Made by a program: the position numbers and the translations under genes. A stretch of 45,080 nt of DNA from IMG/VR virus record IMGVR_UViG_3300045988_006100, positions 1 through 45,080 of that record. The stretch is one strand, 5' to 3'. Numbering within the stretch: position 1 is the stretch's first letter; each line of letters begins with the position of its first letter. Of the stretch, positions 8,242-17,862 are shown piece by piece. The stretch is from a virus (taxonomy: Duplodnaviria > Heunggongvirae > Uroviricota > Caudoviricetes). Under the pieces are notes generated by a model that did no database searches, was not told where the DNA came from, and saw nothing but the letters and a program-made list of their open reading frames with translations.

Positions 8242-8469
8242 ATGAACATAATCACTGGAGCTATAACTAAATGTTTCCGGGTAATTTTCGGTGAACCGCA
8301 AGAAGTATGCACTAACCATAAATTTGTACTTTCTTGCGTAGTCGGGGACGAGTTTGACGGATTCGATAAACTGGTGGTTTGCGACCATTGCGGGCAAGAA
8401 GCTATCCAACACTCAAACGGTAAATTTGAATTAATAGACGATAGCCTTACAGAAGGCGACGGCGAGTAA
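8242..8469 (+). CDS. hypothetical Cys-rich protein
   Basis: 75 aa; good SD GAGAGGTGA; its 3' end contains inverted-repeat copy 2. Confidence 0.5.
   Translation: MNIITGAITKCFRVIFGEPQEVCTNHKFVLSCVVGDEFDGFDKLVVCDHCGQEAIQHSNGKFELIDDSLTEGDGE
8381..8440. repeat. 60-bp perfect inverted repeat, copy 2 (partner 3304..3363)
   Basis: Exact reverse-complement identity to 3304..3363; here encodes the C-terminal ...DHCGQEAIQHSNGKFELID of gene 8242..8469. Confidence 0.9.
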
Positions 8470-8491
8470 CCTAAATAAACAGGAGAAACAA

Positions 8492-8992
8492 ATGTTAGAA
8501 CAATTCTTAAAATTACTGGAACGTTTCGTAGTTGCACATGAACTGATTGCTGCGAACAGTGCGAAACAGTCAGCACAAGTTGCAGCGCCGTTAGAAGTAG
8601 AGACGGTAGTGTATACCAAAGAAGCGGTAGCTGAGTGCGAAAAAGAAGCAACAAAAGAAATCCCTGTTGAAGGTGAAGACATCGTTGACGCTAAACCAGC
8701 AGAAGAAGAGAAGCCGAAACGCAAGCCGCGTAAAGCTAAAGTAGAGGAGCCGACTCCAGAACCAGAAGAAGAGAAAGAAGAGGTCGATTACCAGTCTCTT
8801 CGTGACCAGATTCAGGCTATCGACGATGCAATTAACGAAGGTCCTAGCGATGCTGCGTGCGACGATTCCGATGAACTGCTGGAGGAGTTCACCGGTAAGA
8901 AAATGAAGATTGCCGCGATTAAAGACGAAGACCTGGCTGAATACCTGAAACGCCTGACGGCGATTAAGAACAAGTATTTCGAAGAAGAATAA
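8492..8992 (+). CDS. hypothetical highly acidic protein
   Basis: 166 aa, strongly E/D-rich with a lysine-rich patch; AGGAGA SD. Confidence 0.5.
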   Translation: MLEQFLKLLERFVVAHELIAANSAKQSAQVAAPLEVETVVYTKEAVAECEKEATKEIPVEGEDIVDAKPAEEEKPKRKPRKAKVEEPTPEPEEEKEEVDYQSLRDQIQAIDDAINEGPSDAACDDSDELLEEFTGKKMKIAAIKDEDLAEYLKRLTAIKNKYFEEE

Positions 8993-9289
8993 TTTATCTG
9001 GCGGCCTCCGGGCCGCTTTAACAGAGGGTCGTAATATGATTTACCAACTCTACCGAGGTATTGACTGACGGGATAACACAGAGGCGTTGTGGCTGTTGCG
9101 TGCGCCGTCCGGCGCGCACCAGATGGAAGAGATGGCCTACCTCGGCAAAGTACCGAAGCCGAAAGATATAGGCCGTCACCTGTCGCAGATTAAGCGCACG
9201 ACATTCGTTAAAAGTGACTTTTATGTCTTCGAGTCGATGCATTGTGACCACAAGACACGACATTTAATTGACCAGTGGGAGAACAGGGT

Positions 9290-9637
9290 ATGACCGATAA
9301 ATGGTGGCTTAATCTGCGTAGTGGCGACAAGGTTTACACAGTCGGCGACCGCAGAAAGAGCAGCGGCGTAGCTACTGTGTTACAAAACGGCAAAAAGTAC
9401 ATTCACATTGTGCATGAAGCTCGTGCGCTCCGCGTGAATAAATCGTCTGGCAGGCTTGAGGATTACCCGAAAACATTAATATATAAAAGTGAAAAGCATC
9501 ACATGGACGCTGTTGACGTAAGACGTCAGTTCGCAGGAATGTTGCAACAGTTAAGCGACTTACATCGCGATGATTCTTTCATTCCTACAGAAGAACAGTT
9601 ACAGGCATTAAACTTGTATTTGGAGAGTTTACGATGA
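9290..9637 (+). CDS. hypothetical protein
   Basis: ATG at 9290 (ORF open from 9275); ATGA overlap with downstream nuclease gene. Confidence 0.4.
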   Translation: MTDKWWLNLRSGDKVYTVGDRRKSSGVATVLQNGKKYIHIVHEARALRVNKSSGRLEDYPKTLIYKSEKHHMDAVDVRRQFAGMLQQLSDLHRDDSFIPTEEQLQALNLYLESLR

Positions 9638-10875
9638 TTCTTAAAGAACGCGGCGGCAATAACGATGTACATGCCTTACTGTCGCCGTCAGGGGCTAAAA
9701 AGTGGCTAAGTTGCGCGGCATCACTGGCCTGTGAAAAAGATATCCCTAACACGTCAGGTAAAGCCGCTGTATTAGGCACGGCAATGCACACCATAGCTGA
9801 GGTCCATCTCAACGCTTATATTCGCGGAACTGCGCTGCCGTTAGAGCGTGAAGTCGGTGCTTACGTGCTGGATGAAGGCAAAGGCCAGATTAAGGCACTA
9901 ATCAGCCCGATGAAAGGCGCGGTACTGATTACGGCGGACATGATTGAGCAGGTGCGCAAGTACACCGACTACTGCAAAGCGATTATAGACGTAGCGACTT
10001 ACGCCAAGCTGGAAATGCGTGTTAATCTTACTGAGGTATTGCATCCGGGGTATGAAGGCGTTGAGACGTTCGGAACCGCTGACCTCGTTGCTGTCCAGGA
10101 ACTGGCAAACACCGACGAGCACATGCTCATTATCGGCGACCTGAAAACCGGGCGGCATCGCGTCGAAGCGAAAGAAAACAAGCAGCTTATGCTTTACGCT
10201 CTCGGTGTTTATCGTCGACTCAAGAGACGTTATAGCATAACAACCGTTCGTCTGGTCATCTTCCAGCCTTACGCTGGGGGTGCGACAGAGTGGGACATCT
10301 CGGTTGAAGGACTGGAACTGTTCGCTAAGTTCGCACAGAAACGCGCGCTGTTAGCGCTTGATGCTTATTTCCGCGGCAAGAAGGACCTGAAAGCGTCAGA
10401 CTTTAAGCCGTCGGTAGATGGTTGCCAGTGGTGCCGGTTCTCTGAACAATGCGCCGCGCGTACAAAAACCGTTAACTCTGTACTGGCTGAAGAACTGGAG
10501 GACGACTTTGCACTTGAGCTTACGCCAGAGCAACTCGTAGCTGAGTATGAGAAGTTGCCGTTGTTGCGCCAGCACATCGACAAGGTTGAGAAAGCTATGG
10601 CTGCTGCGTTACATTCCGGTAAGAAAGTGCCGGGGTATAAACTGGTTGAAGGACGCCCGGGTAATCGTGCGTGGAAAGATACCGATGCAGTATTCGAGAA
10701 GTACGGTACTATGCTGCAAAAGGTAGTTCTTATGACACCGACCGAAGCGGTTAAAATTGTACCGGAAGAAGAACTGAAAGACTTCATTACCCGTAAGCCC
10801 GGTGCGCCATGCGTCGCAACGGCGGATGACAAACGTCCTGAGTGGAATCAAGTTACAGAGGAGGATTTAGAATGA
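9634..10875 (+). CDS. PD-(D/E)XK nuclease, Cas4/RecB-like exonuclease
   Basis: 413 aa; DLV...IIGDLKTG nuclease core and C-terminal Cys cluster CQWCRFSEQC typical of Cas4-like phage exonucleases. Confidence 0.65.
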   Translation: MILKERGGNNDVHALLSPSGAKKWLSCAASLACEKDIPNTSGKAAVLGTAMHTIAEVHLNAYIRGTALPLEREVGAYVLDEGKGQIKALISPMKGAVLITADMIEQVRKYTDYCKAIIDVATYAKLEMRVNLTEVLHPGYEGVETFGTADLVAVQELANTDEHMLIIGDLKTGRHRVEAKENKQLMLYALGVYRRLKRRYSITTVRLVIFQPYAGGATEWDISVEGLELFAKFAQKRALLALDAYFRGKKDLKASDFKPSVDGCQWCRFSEQCAARTKTVNSVLAEELEDDFALELTPEQLVAEYEKLPLLRQHIDKVEKAMAAALHSGKKVPGYKLVEGRPGNRAWKDTDAVFEKYGTMLQKVVLMTPTEAVKIVPEEELKDFITRKPGAPCVATADDKRPEWNQVTEEDLE

Positions 10876-11075
10876 TTCAAGTAAATGAAATGCCGACTGA
10901 TAAAGATTTTTTGATGGTATGGCGCTGGGATGGGTATCTACACTCGGAATCGTTCACGTTCTTGAACGGTACCATGATGCGATACTACCCTGTAGAGGAT
11001 GAGTTCGAACCGGCCAATATGCTTAATTTCGAGAACATAATCCCTATTGCAAAATTTTATTTGACACATGAATAG
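10872..11075 (+). CDS. hypothetical protein
   Basis: ATG at 10872 with GAGGAGG SD inside upstream gene end (same 21-nt cassette as at 7677..7697). Confidence 0.45.
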   Translation: MIQVNEMPTDKDFLMVWRWDGYLHSESFTFLNGTMMRYYPVEDEFEPANMLNFENIIPIAKFYLTHE

Positions 11076-11088
11076 TTAGCTATTATAG
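11060..11088 (+). promoter_or_regulatory. sigma70-like promoter (family member E)
   Basis: TTGACA-17 nt-TATAGT, same core as D; 60 nt upstream of SSB-like gene. Confidence 0.55.
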
Positions 11089-11147
11089 TTCTAATCACTG
11101 GCCGGGCAGATCCCGGAGTAAACTGAAACTGAAAAGCGAGAAATCAA

Positions 11148-11777
11148 ATGGGACTGAAATTAAATCTGCGTAAAGTAAACACTGCCTGGGTTAACGTATT
11201 CGAACGCGAAAAAGACCGTGAAAACGACGATGGATCAATCACTAAAGGTCAGTACAGCGCAACGATTATCCTGCCGTCTGACCATGCTCAAATCCATGCA
11301 CTCTACGACACCGTTTACACTGTAGTTGAAGAAGCGTTAGGCGCAGCCGCTGCCGAGAAATGGATGAAGTCCAACTACGGTGAAGGTAAGCACATGGATA
11401 AATGCGCGATTAAAGACATTGCCGAGCGCGACAATCCGTTTGAAGACTTCCCGGAAGGCTTCTACTTCAAAGCGAAGGCACAGAAACAGCCGCTGATTGT
11501 AACCTCTAAAAAAGGTGAGACTCAGGTAGAGCAGGACTTCAACGTAGACGGCGAACAGATTGAAGGTGAACAGGTTTACAGCGGATGCTTAGCTAACGTA
11601 AGCGCTGAAATCTGGTTCAGCCAGAAATACAAAGTCCTCGGCGTTAACCTGCTGGCGATTAAATACGTTGGCGAAGGCAAAGCGTTCGGCGGTTCTAAAG
11701 TTGCGGCCAGCGTCAACGACCTGGAAGACGACGAAGAAGATGAAGCACCGCGCCGCGAACGTCGTCGCCGTGGTTAA
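11148..11777 (+). CDS. putative ssDNA-binding protein (DUF2815/T7 gp2.5-like)
   Basis: 209 aa with acidic C-terminal tail DLEDDEEDE; position between nuclease and polymerase; assignment from memory of family. Confidence 0.45.
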   Translation: MGLKLNLRKVNTAWVNVFEREKDRENDDGSITKGQYSATIILPSDHAQIHALYDTVYTVVEEALGAAAAEKWMKSNYGEGKHMDKCAIKDIAERDNPFEDFPEGFYFKAKAQKQPLIVTSKKGETQVEQDFNVDGEQIEGEQVYSGCLANVSAEIWFSQKYKVLGVNLLAIKYVGEGKAFGGSKVAASVNDLEDDEEDEAPRRERRRRG

Positions 11778-11797
11778 TATCTGAATCTGTTTAACTA

Positions 11798-11820
11798 AGG
11801 CCCTTCATTGGGCCTTTTTA
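11798..11820 (+). terminator. rho-independent terminator
   Basis: AGGCCC-TTCATT-GGGCCT hairpin followed by TTTTT. Confidence 0.7.
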
Positions 11821-11836
11821 CTAAGGGTCGAAAATA

Positions 11837-12115
11837 ATGGCAGCGGAACTTAAGAGATACAGACGCATCACATACTGCAAATTTTGTAAGGCAGAAGGTA
11901 AAAAAGTTAGAGCAATTTGGATGACTAAATACCCTCCAGCTTACGGTGTACGAGACTGGTATAAACACTATGCATGCGAGGAGCATAAACATTTAATAGA
12001 AGACACAGACCCAGACCGGACTTGGGCAGAAATCATAGAACGCGGTAAAAACAAGAAACAAGATCGCGACGACCATCTCACAGAAGCAGACTATCAGACG
12101 TGGTACAGACTATGA
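11837..12115 (+). CDS. hypothetical zinc-binding protein
   Basis: 92 aa; CKFCK...CEEH pattern. Confidence 0.45.
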   Translation: MAAELKRYRRITYCKFCKAEGKKVRAIWMTKYPPAYGVRDWYKHYACEEHKHLIEDTDPDRTWAEIIERGKNKKQDRDDHLTEADYQTWYRL

Positions 12116-14295
12116 ACACATTGCTTTACTTAGACTTTGAAACCTACAGCGACATCGATTTGAAGAAAGTAGGTTCCTACGCTTACGCTGAACACCCGTC
12201 AACCGAAGTGCTTATCTGTACCTATGCTTTTGACGAAGAGCCTGTGCAGGTATGGGATTGCACCGACGGCAGCGACATGCCGGGGGATTTGCACCGCGCA
12301 CTGCGCCGCCTTGTTAAGCCCAACAGCCGCATCAAGATTGTGTGGCACAACGGTGGACTTTTCGATCGCCTAATCATGAAACACTGCTGGGGCTTTGATA
12401 TTCCGGTAAGTAACACCATTGATACTATGATTTGGGCGTTCCGTCACGCGCTGCCGGGTTCTCTTGATGCGCTGTGCGAAGTGCTGGGCGTGTCTGCAGA
12501 CAACGCGAAAGATAAACGCGGCAAGGCTCTGATTAAGCGTTTCTCTAAACCGACGCCGAAGAACTACAAAATCCGCCGCTACACCGCAGAAACTCACCCT
12601 GACGAGTGGGCGATGTTCATCAGGTACGCCGTGAGCGACATCACTGCGATGCGGGAAGTGTTCCATAAGCTACCGCGTTGGGGTAACTCGGAGTTTGAGG
12701 ACCGTGTACTGGAACTGGACCAGTTAATCAACGACCGCGGGTTTAGGGTTGACGTTGCACTTGCGGAAGCTGCGATTGAGGCCGTAGAGAAGCACAAGGC
12801 CCAGCTACAGGAAGAAGCCCAACGCAAATACGGCGGCTCGCTTACTGGAAAGGATTTTCTACCAATTCTGCGTGAACTGGCACCTGCGCATCGAATCCAC
12901 AACGCGCAGAAGTCGACGCTGAATGACCTGTTGGCAGATGATGATTTACCGGACGACGCCCGGATGATTATCGAAATGCGCCTCGGGGCCGCGTCAACAG
13001 CGTCCACGAAATATAACCCGCTGCTGTTAGGCCGCTCGTCGGACGACCGACGCCGCGGTTGTATCCAGTACGGTGGGGCAAAGCGTACGTTACGGTTCGC
13101 GGGTAAAGGCTTCCAGCCACAGAACCTGGCACGTGGGTACTATCACGATGATGAACTGGATAAAGGCATTTCAGCGTTACTTAAGGGCCGGGCGCACCGC
13201 CGATTTGACGTAGCCAAGCTGACGGCATCTACCGTTCGTAGCTGCATTATACCGGAAGCTGGGCATAAGTTTGTCGTCGCCGATTACTCTAACGTTGAGG
13301 GTCGCGGGCTTGCGTGGCTGGCAGGCGAAGAAACCGCGCTAGATACGTTCCGCTCCGGACTGGATATTTACTGCGTAACAGCAGGTAAGATGTTTGGCAT
13401 GGAGCCGGATTACATTAAGAAAGAACGTAAAGACTTACGCCAGATTGGTAAAGCCTGCGAATTGGGCCTCGGATACGCGGGCGGTGTCGGTGCTTTCGTT
13501 CAGTTCGCTAAAAATCTCGGCCTTGACCTGGTTGATATGGCTAAAACAATGGACGGTACTTTCCCGGACCATATATGGGCCGCTACTGCACGCGGGTATG
13601 AATGGGCGCGTATTCAGGAAGCAAAGAGACCGCCGCGTCCCGGTGAAAAGGATGACCGACCATCATATATTCTTGGTAAGAAAGTGTGGCGTACCTGTGA
13701 CGCTATCAAGCGCATGTGGCGGGAGTCCCACCCGGAAACAGTAGCTTTCTGGCGTGATATTGAAGACGCAGCTATGGCAGCAATCCGTAATCCGGGGAAA
13801 GAGTTCACAGCTGGCCCTCGCGGGGTTAAGTTTTCTCGCAACGTAGAAACAGACAACAACGGCAACAAAGTCGCTGGTTGGTGGTTGCGCATGACGTTGC
13901 CGTCAGGTCGCGTTATGTCATACCCGGGCGTCGGGTTGAGCGTGTCAAAAGAGACAGACGAAGACGGAAAAGTTTCTACTAACGTGCGCATCAAGTATCA
14001 GGGTGAAAATCAGTTAACCAGGCAGTGGGGCTTCCAGTACACCTACTCCGGTAAACTGGTGGAAAACTGCACTCAGGCATTGTGCCGTGATTTGCTGGCT
14101 AATGCCCTGCTGAACGTAGAAGCAAACGGCTACCCGATTGTACTTCACGTACACGATGAGATTATCTGCGAGACACCAGATTCACCGGAATACAATGTAG
14201 CAGAGCTTGAGCGGTTGATGTGCGAATTGCCGGAATGGGCGGAGGGGTTCCCTCTTGTAGCTGAAGGTGCGGAGATGAAGCGATATGCCAAGTAA
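12112..14295 (+). CDS. DNA polymerase, family A, with 3'-5' exonuclease domain
   Basis: Exo motif LDFETYSD; Pol A motifs DYSNVEGR (A), RQIGKACELGLGYAGG (B), HVHDEII (C); ATG at 12112 overlaps upstream stop (ORF open from GTG 12100). Confidence 0.85.
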   Translation: MNTLLYLDFETYSDIDLKKVGSYAYAEHPSTEVLICTYAFDEEPVQVWDCTDGSDMPGDLHRALRRLVKPNSRIKIVWHNGGLFDRLIMKHCWGFDIPVSNTIDTMIWAFRHALPGSLDALCEVLGVSADNAKDKRGKALIKRFSKPTPKNYKIRRYTAETHPDEWAMFIRYAVSDITAMREVFHKLPRWGNSEFEDRVLELDQLINDRGFRVDVALAEAAIEAVEKHKAQLQEEAQRKYGGSLTGKDFLPILRELAPAHRIHNAQKSTLNDLLADDDLPDDARMIIEMRLGAASTASTKYNPLLLGRSSDDRRRGCIQYGGAKRTLRFAGKGFQPQNLARGYYHDDELDKGISALLKGRAHRRFDVAKLTASTVRSCIIPEAGHKFVVADYSNVEGRGLAWLAGEETALDTFRSGLDIYCVTAGKMFGMEPDYIKKERKDLRQIGKACELGLGYAGGVGAFVQFAKNLGLDLVDMAKTMDGTFPDHIWAATARGYEWARIQEAKRPPRPGEKDDRPSYILGKKVWRTCDAIKRMWRESHPETVAFWRDIEDAAMAAIRNPGKEFTAGPRGVKFSRNVETDNNGNKVAGWWLRMTLPSGRVMSYPGVGLSVSKETDEDGKVSTNVRIKYQGENQLTRQWGFQYTYSGKLVENCTQALCRDLLANALLNVEANGYPIVLHVHDEIICETPDSPEYNVAELERLMCELPEWAEGFPLVAEGAEMKRYAK

Positions 14296-14497
14296 ACTGA
14301 TTATTGCGGTACTGGCGGGATTCGCCGCCGGTGTCTACTGTCACGAGGGTCAATACGGCATGATGGTTGCCGTATTAGGTATGTTAGTAACAATTTATCT
14401 GTGGGTGCTGGAATGAAAATTTACTGGTTCTACGAAGAAGACCGCCGGATCTGTCCGCGCTGTGGTATTGCGCATACGAAACGTGAGGGGTGTGTGG

Positions 14498-14785
14498 ATG
14501 AGTACGCCTGAGGGCAAAATACAGAAATACGCAAAAGACCGATTCGAGGCCATTGGTGGCCTCGTTCGTAAACTTTCCTACGAAGGACGTTCCGGCGCCC
14601 CTGACCTGCTGGTAATTCTCCCCGGCGGCGTCATCTGGTTCGTCGAGATAAAGAAAGACGAAAGCACGAAGCCGGATCCACACCAGTTACGGGAGCACGA
14701 GCGGATGCGTAAGCGTGGTGCTAATGTTTTTGTCGTTGGTTCGTTTAAACAGGTTGACGCCCTAATAGCGAACTATTATAGTTAG
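14498..14785 (+). CDS. VRR-NUC domain nuclease
   Basis: GRSGAPDLLVIL...WFVEIK pattern typical of VRR-NUC; ATG at 14498 with GAGGGG SD. Confidence 0.65.
   Translation: MSTPEGKIQKYAKDRFEAIGGLVRKLSYEGRSGAPDLLVILPGGVIWFVEIKKDESTKPDPHQLREHERMRKRGANVFVVGSFKQVDALIANYYS
14754..14782 (+). promoter_or_regulatory. sigma70-like promoter (family member F)
   Basis: TTGACG-17 nt-TATAGT overlapping the VRR-NUC 3' end. Confidence 0.5.
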
Positions 14786-14815
14786 TCCTACACCAACAAT
14801 ATAAGGAATTGAGAA

Positions 14816-15007
14816 ATGAAACACGAATATGACCGCAAACCAGCACGTGACATCGTACCTGGCGACATGATTTTCAACGTTAAGACCCGTCGGCCTGTTG
14901 CCGTTGATACGGTGTACGTCGAGTCGAACGGTAAACTGGTTATCGAAGATGTAACCGGTAACGTTACGGCGTTCGGGCGTAAAGAGTTAGTTCTGGTGGC
15001 AAAATGA
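14816..15007 (+). CDS. hypothetical protein
   Basis: 63 aa; SD GGAATTGAG; ATGA overlap with methyltransferase gene. Confidence 0.45.
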   Translation: MKHEYDRKPARDIVPGDMIFNVKTRRPVAVDTVYVESNGKLVIEDVTGNVTAFGRKELVLVAK

Positions 15008-15933
15008 ACTATTACAACGAATGGGATAAAGGCGCAGCCGCGTGGCTGCGTGAATTAATAAAACAGGGTCACATACCTTTTGGAGTTGTAGATGAAAGAA
15101 GCATTACTGAAGTTAAGCCAGAAGACCTCGACGGATTCACCCAGTGTCATTTTTTCGCTGGTATCGGCGGCTGGCCTCTCGCGCTCAGACTTGCGGGAGT
15201 TCCGGAAGATACGCCTCTCTGGACGGGAAGCCCGCCTTGCCAACCGTTTAGCACGGCAGGAAAGCAACTCGGACAGTTCGACCCGAGACACCTCGCGCCC
15301 GTATTCCTTGACCTCATCAGCGAGTGCCACCCTCCAGTCCTCTTTGGGGAACAGGTTGCGCCAGCAATTGCAAAATCGTGGATGTGCGATTTACAAACTC
15401 ACCTGGAAGGAGAAGACTACGCCGTCGGGTTTGCCGTACTCCCAGCTTGTAGCGTCGGCGCTCCGCACAAAAGAGAACGACTTTTCTTCGGCGCGCATAG
15501 ATTGGCCCACGCCAGCAGTATCACTGATAACAAACGACGTGAACATGCGCAGCACAGACGGCAGGACGAAACCGAACAAACTGGGGTGGGCCGCCGCGAT
15601 GACGGCATGGGCGACGCCGACCGCGAACGATTACAGAGGGAGCGGAGAGACAGTGATTCGCAAGGACGGAAAGGACCGGACTTTCGACAGGCTGGACTAC
15701 TCAACGGAGCAGGGACTGAAAATATCGCGACCAATCCGCATCACGGCTTCTGGTCAGAGGCAGACTGGCTCGGATGCCGGGATGGAAAATTCAGGCCAGT
15801 TGAACCCGGCACATTCCCGCTGGCTGATGGGATACCCGCCAGAGTGGGACGATTGCGCGGTTACGGCAATGCCATCGTCCCGCAAGTAGCTGCTGAATTT
15901 ATAAAGGCATTCATGGGGGCGGTAAATGAGTAA
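15004..15933 (+). CDS. DNA (cytosine-5)-methyltransferase; central motifs lie in the +1 frame
   Basis: Frame A: FFAGIGG (I), SPPCQPFS (IV), LFGEQV (VI), GAPHKRERLFF (VIII), GYGNAIVPQVA (X). The +1 frame between ~15494 and ~15855 carries WPTP/WATPTANDYRGSGE and LNPAHSRWLMGYPPEW (IX-like). Confidence 0.7.
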   Translation: MNYYNEWDKGAAAWLRELIKQGHIPFGVVDERSITEVKPEDLDGFTQCHFFAGIGGWPLALRLAGVPEDTPLWTGSPPCQPFSTAGKQLGQFDPRHLAPVFLDLISECHPPVLFGEQVAPAIAKSWMCDLQTHLEGEDYAVGFAVLPACSVGAPHKRERLFFGAHRLAHASSITDNKRREHAQHRRQDETEQTGVGRRDDGMGDADRERLQRERRDSDSQGRKGPDFRQAGLLNGAGTENIATNPHHGFWSEADWLGCRDGKFRPVEPGTFPLADGIPARVGRLRGYGNAIVPQVAAEFIKAFMGAVNE

Positions 15934-17350
15934 GTTTCAAAGGCGTGAGTACCAAAAGCTCATGACTTCGTTCATGCTGCGGCACCATCGCTGCAACATA
16001 TGGGCAAGCATGGGCGCTGGGAAGACTGGCAGCGTACTGTGGGCATTAAACCGACTGTTCCGAAACGGCCAACTTAATGATGACGACCGCGTGTTAATCC
16101 TCGCCCCGCTGCGGGTTGCGTCTGGTACGTGGCCTGCAGAGCAAGAGAAATGGCAATTCCCATGTCTGCGTGTTGTAGATGCGACTGGTTCAGAGAAGCG
16201 CCGCATCGCGGCGCTGGAGTCAGATGCTAACGTGGTTTGCACGAACTATGAGGTTATCGAGTGGCTGATTGACTACTACGGCAAAGACGACTGGCCTTTT
16301 ACGGTTATCGTTGCAGATGAAAGCACGAAGCTTAAATCATTCCGCAGCCGTTCAGGTGGTAGCAAGCGTGCAAAGGCGCTTAGTAAAGTGGCTTTCGGAA
16401 GGGTTAAGCGTTTTATTAACCTGACTGGTACACCGTCACCAAACGGCCTCAAGGATTTGTGGGGCCAGAACTGGTTTATCGACGCTGGCGAGCGCCTAGG
16501 TTCGTCGTATACAGCATTCACCGACCGCTGGTTTAATTCGGTACAGAAAGGAAAATCTGCGATGGCACGTGAATATCACGCCCGCCCTGGTGCAGATAAC
16601 GAGATTCACCAGAAGATGAAGGACATCAGTCTGACGATTGACGCCGCCGAGTGGTTCGGTTGTGAAGCGCCTGTTATCGTGCCGGTTGAAATCGACCTGC
16701 CGAAGAAAGCACGTCAGGCGTACATCGATATGGAGGAGAAGCTATTCGCGGAACTGGAAAGCGGAGAAGTTGAAGCGGCTAACGCTGCGGCGAAGACGTC
16801 GAAGTGTCTGCAGATTGCCTCCGGTGCCGTGTATGTTTCGGGCCCTGACGGCGAAGCAACCAAAGACTGGGAGAAAGTGCACGACACGAAACTGGACGCA
16901 CTGGAGTCCATTGTGGAAGAGTTACAGGGCGCGCCGTTACTGGTGGCCTATCAGTTCAAGCACGAACTGGAGCGCATCCTTAAGCGGTTCCCGCAGGCCC
17001 AGGCATTTGCCAAAGGTGCGAAGGGTAATAAGCAGATGGAAGCGTGGAACCGTGGGGAAATCGAGATTTTATGCGTGCATCCTGCGTCAGCCGGGCATGG
17101 TTTGAATTTACAGGACGGGGGTCATCATCTGGCGTTCATCTCGCAAGGCTGGAACCTTGAGCACTATTTGCAGGTTGTTGAGCGTATAGGCCCGGTCCGC
17201 CAGAAACAAGCGGGGCACGAGCGACCGGTGTTCCTCTATCACATCGTCGCTAAAGACACGCTGGACGAGGTTGTTACCACACGTACTGACGAGAAGAAAT
17301 CGGTACAGGAAGAGTTGCTTAATTACATGAAGAGACGAGGTAAGAAATGA
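15926..17350 (+). CDS. SNF2-family helicase
   Basis: Walker A MGAGKTGS, DExx box IVADEST, LTGTP motif, helicase-C HGLNLQDGGH. Confidence 0.8.
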   Translation: MSKFQRREYQKLMTSFMLRHHRCNIWASMGAGKTGSVLWALNRLFRNGQLNDDDRVLILAPLRVASGTWPAEQEKWQFPCLRVVDATGSEKRRIAALESDANVVCTNYEVIEWLIDYYGKDDWPFTVIVADESTKLKSFRSRSGGSKRAKALSKVAFGRVKRFINLTGTPSPNGLKDLWGQNWFIDAGERLGSSYTAFTDRWFNSVQKGKSAMAREYHARPGADNEIHQKMKDISLTIDAAEWFGCEAPVIVPVEIDLPKKARQAYIDMEEKLFAELESGEVEAANAAAKTSKCLQIASGAVYVSGPDGEATKDWEKVHDTKLDALESIVEELQGAPLLVAYQFKHELERILKRFPQAQAFAKGAKGNKQMEAWNRGEIEILCVHPASAGHGLNLQDGGHHLAFISQGWNLEHYLQVVERIGPVRQKQAGHERPVFLYHIVAKDTLDEVVTTRTDEKKSVQEELLNYMKRRGKK

Positions 17351-17862
17351 TGGATGGCGAGGAGTTACTACTTAAGGCGCATCTGCTGTCACGAGGTTTT
17401 GACGCGGACCGTTTACGTGTAGTCTTAGGCCCTGGAGTAGCTACGTTTTACCTGTGGGGCTTTGACGGTAAGCTACGCGGGTACCAGCATTACAAGCCGC
17501 ATGCTGAAAAGAACTGTAAAAACCCTAAAGACGCGCGGTACTTTACCCGAACAACAAGGCCGTGTTTATGGGGACTTGAGTATTTGCCAAGTAGCGGGGT
17601 GGTATTTGTTACCGAAAGCATATTTAAAGCTGCTGCTTTGATGAATTGCGGGTTTAATGCAGTTAGCGCATTGGGGTCGAACATACCAGCTGACTTACGG
17701 CAGCAAATGTCACTTTTGCCGTATGAATGGGTGTGCGCCGGTGACAGTGATAAAGCTGGATTAAAGTTCAGCAAAACATTCACCAGAGGATTTGTATCTA
17801 ACGACCTTGATGAACTTTGTGAAGAAGAAATAACGTATCTTGCGAGGAAATTTACCAGATGA
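17347..17862 (+). CDS. Toprim-domain protein (primase-like)
   Basis: VFVTESIFKAAAL...CAGDSDKAG resembles a Toprim fold. Confidence 0.5.
   Translation: MMDGEELLLKAHLLSRGFDADRLRVVLGPGVATFYLWGFDGKLRGYQHYKPHAEKNCKNPKDARYFTRTTRPCLWGLEYLPSSGVVFVTESIFKAAALMNCGFNAVSALGSNIPADLRQQMSLLPYEWVCAGDSDKAGLKFSKTFTRGFVSNDLDELCEEEITYLARKFTR

Noticed and set aside
9087-9293. 68-aa + strand ORF (or ATG 9123 variant) between the acidic protein gene and gene 9290
   Set aside because: Track start is TTG and the alternative ATG has no clear RBS; a competing - strand ORF (9018..9263) overlaps. Left unannotated as too uncertain.
15092-15889. 265-aa +1-frame ORF overlapping the methyltransferase gene, considered as an independent gene
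   Set aside because: Its N-terminal 130 codons look antisense-like and it has no start context; only its 3' portion is protein-like, and that is better explained as the frameshifted middle of the methyltransferase.
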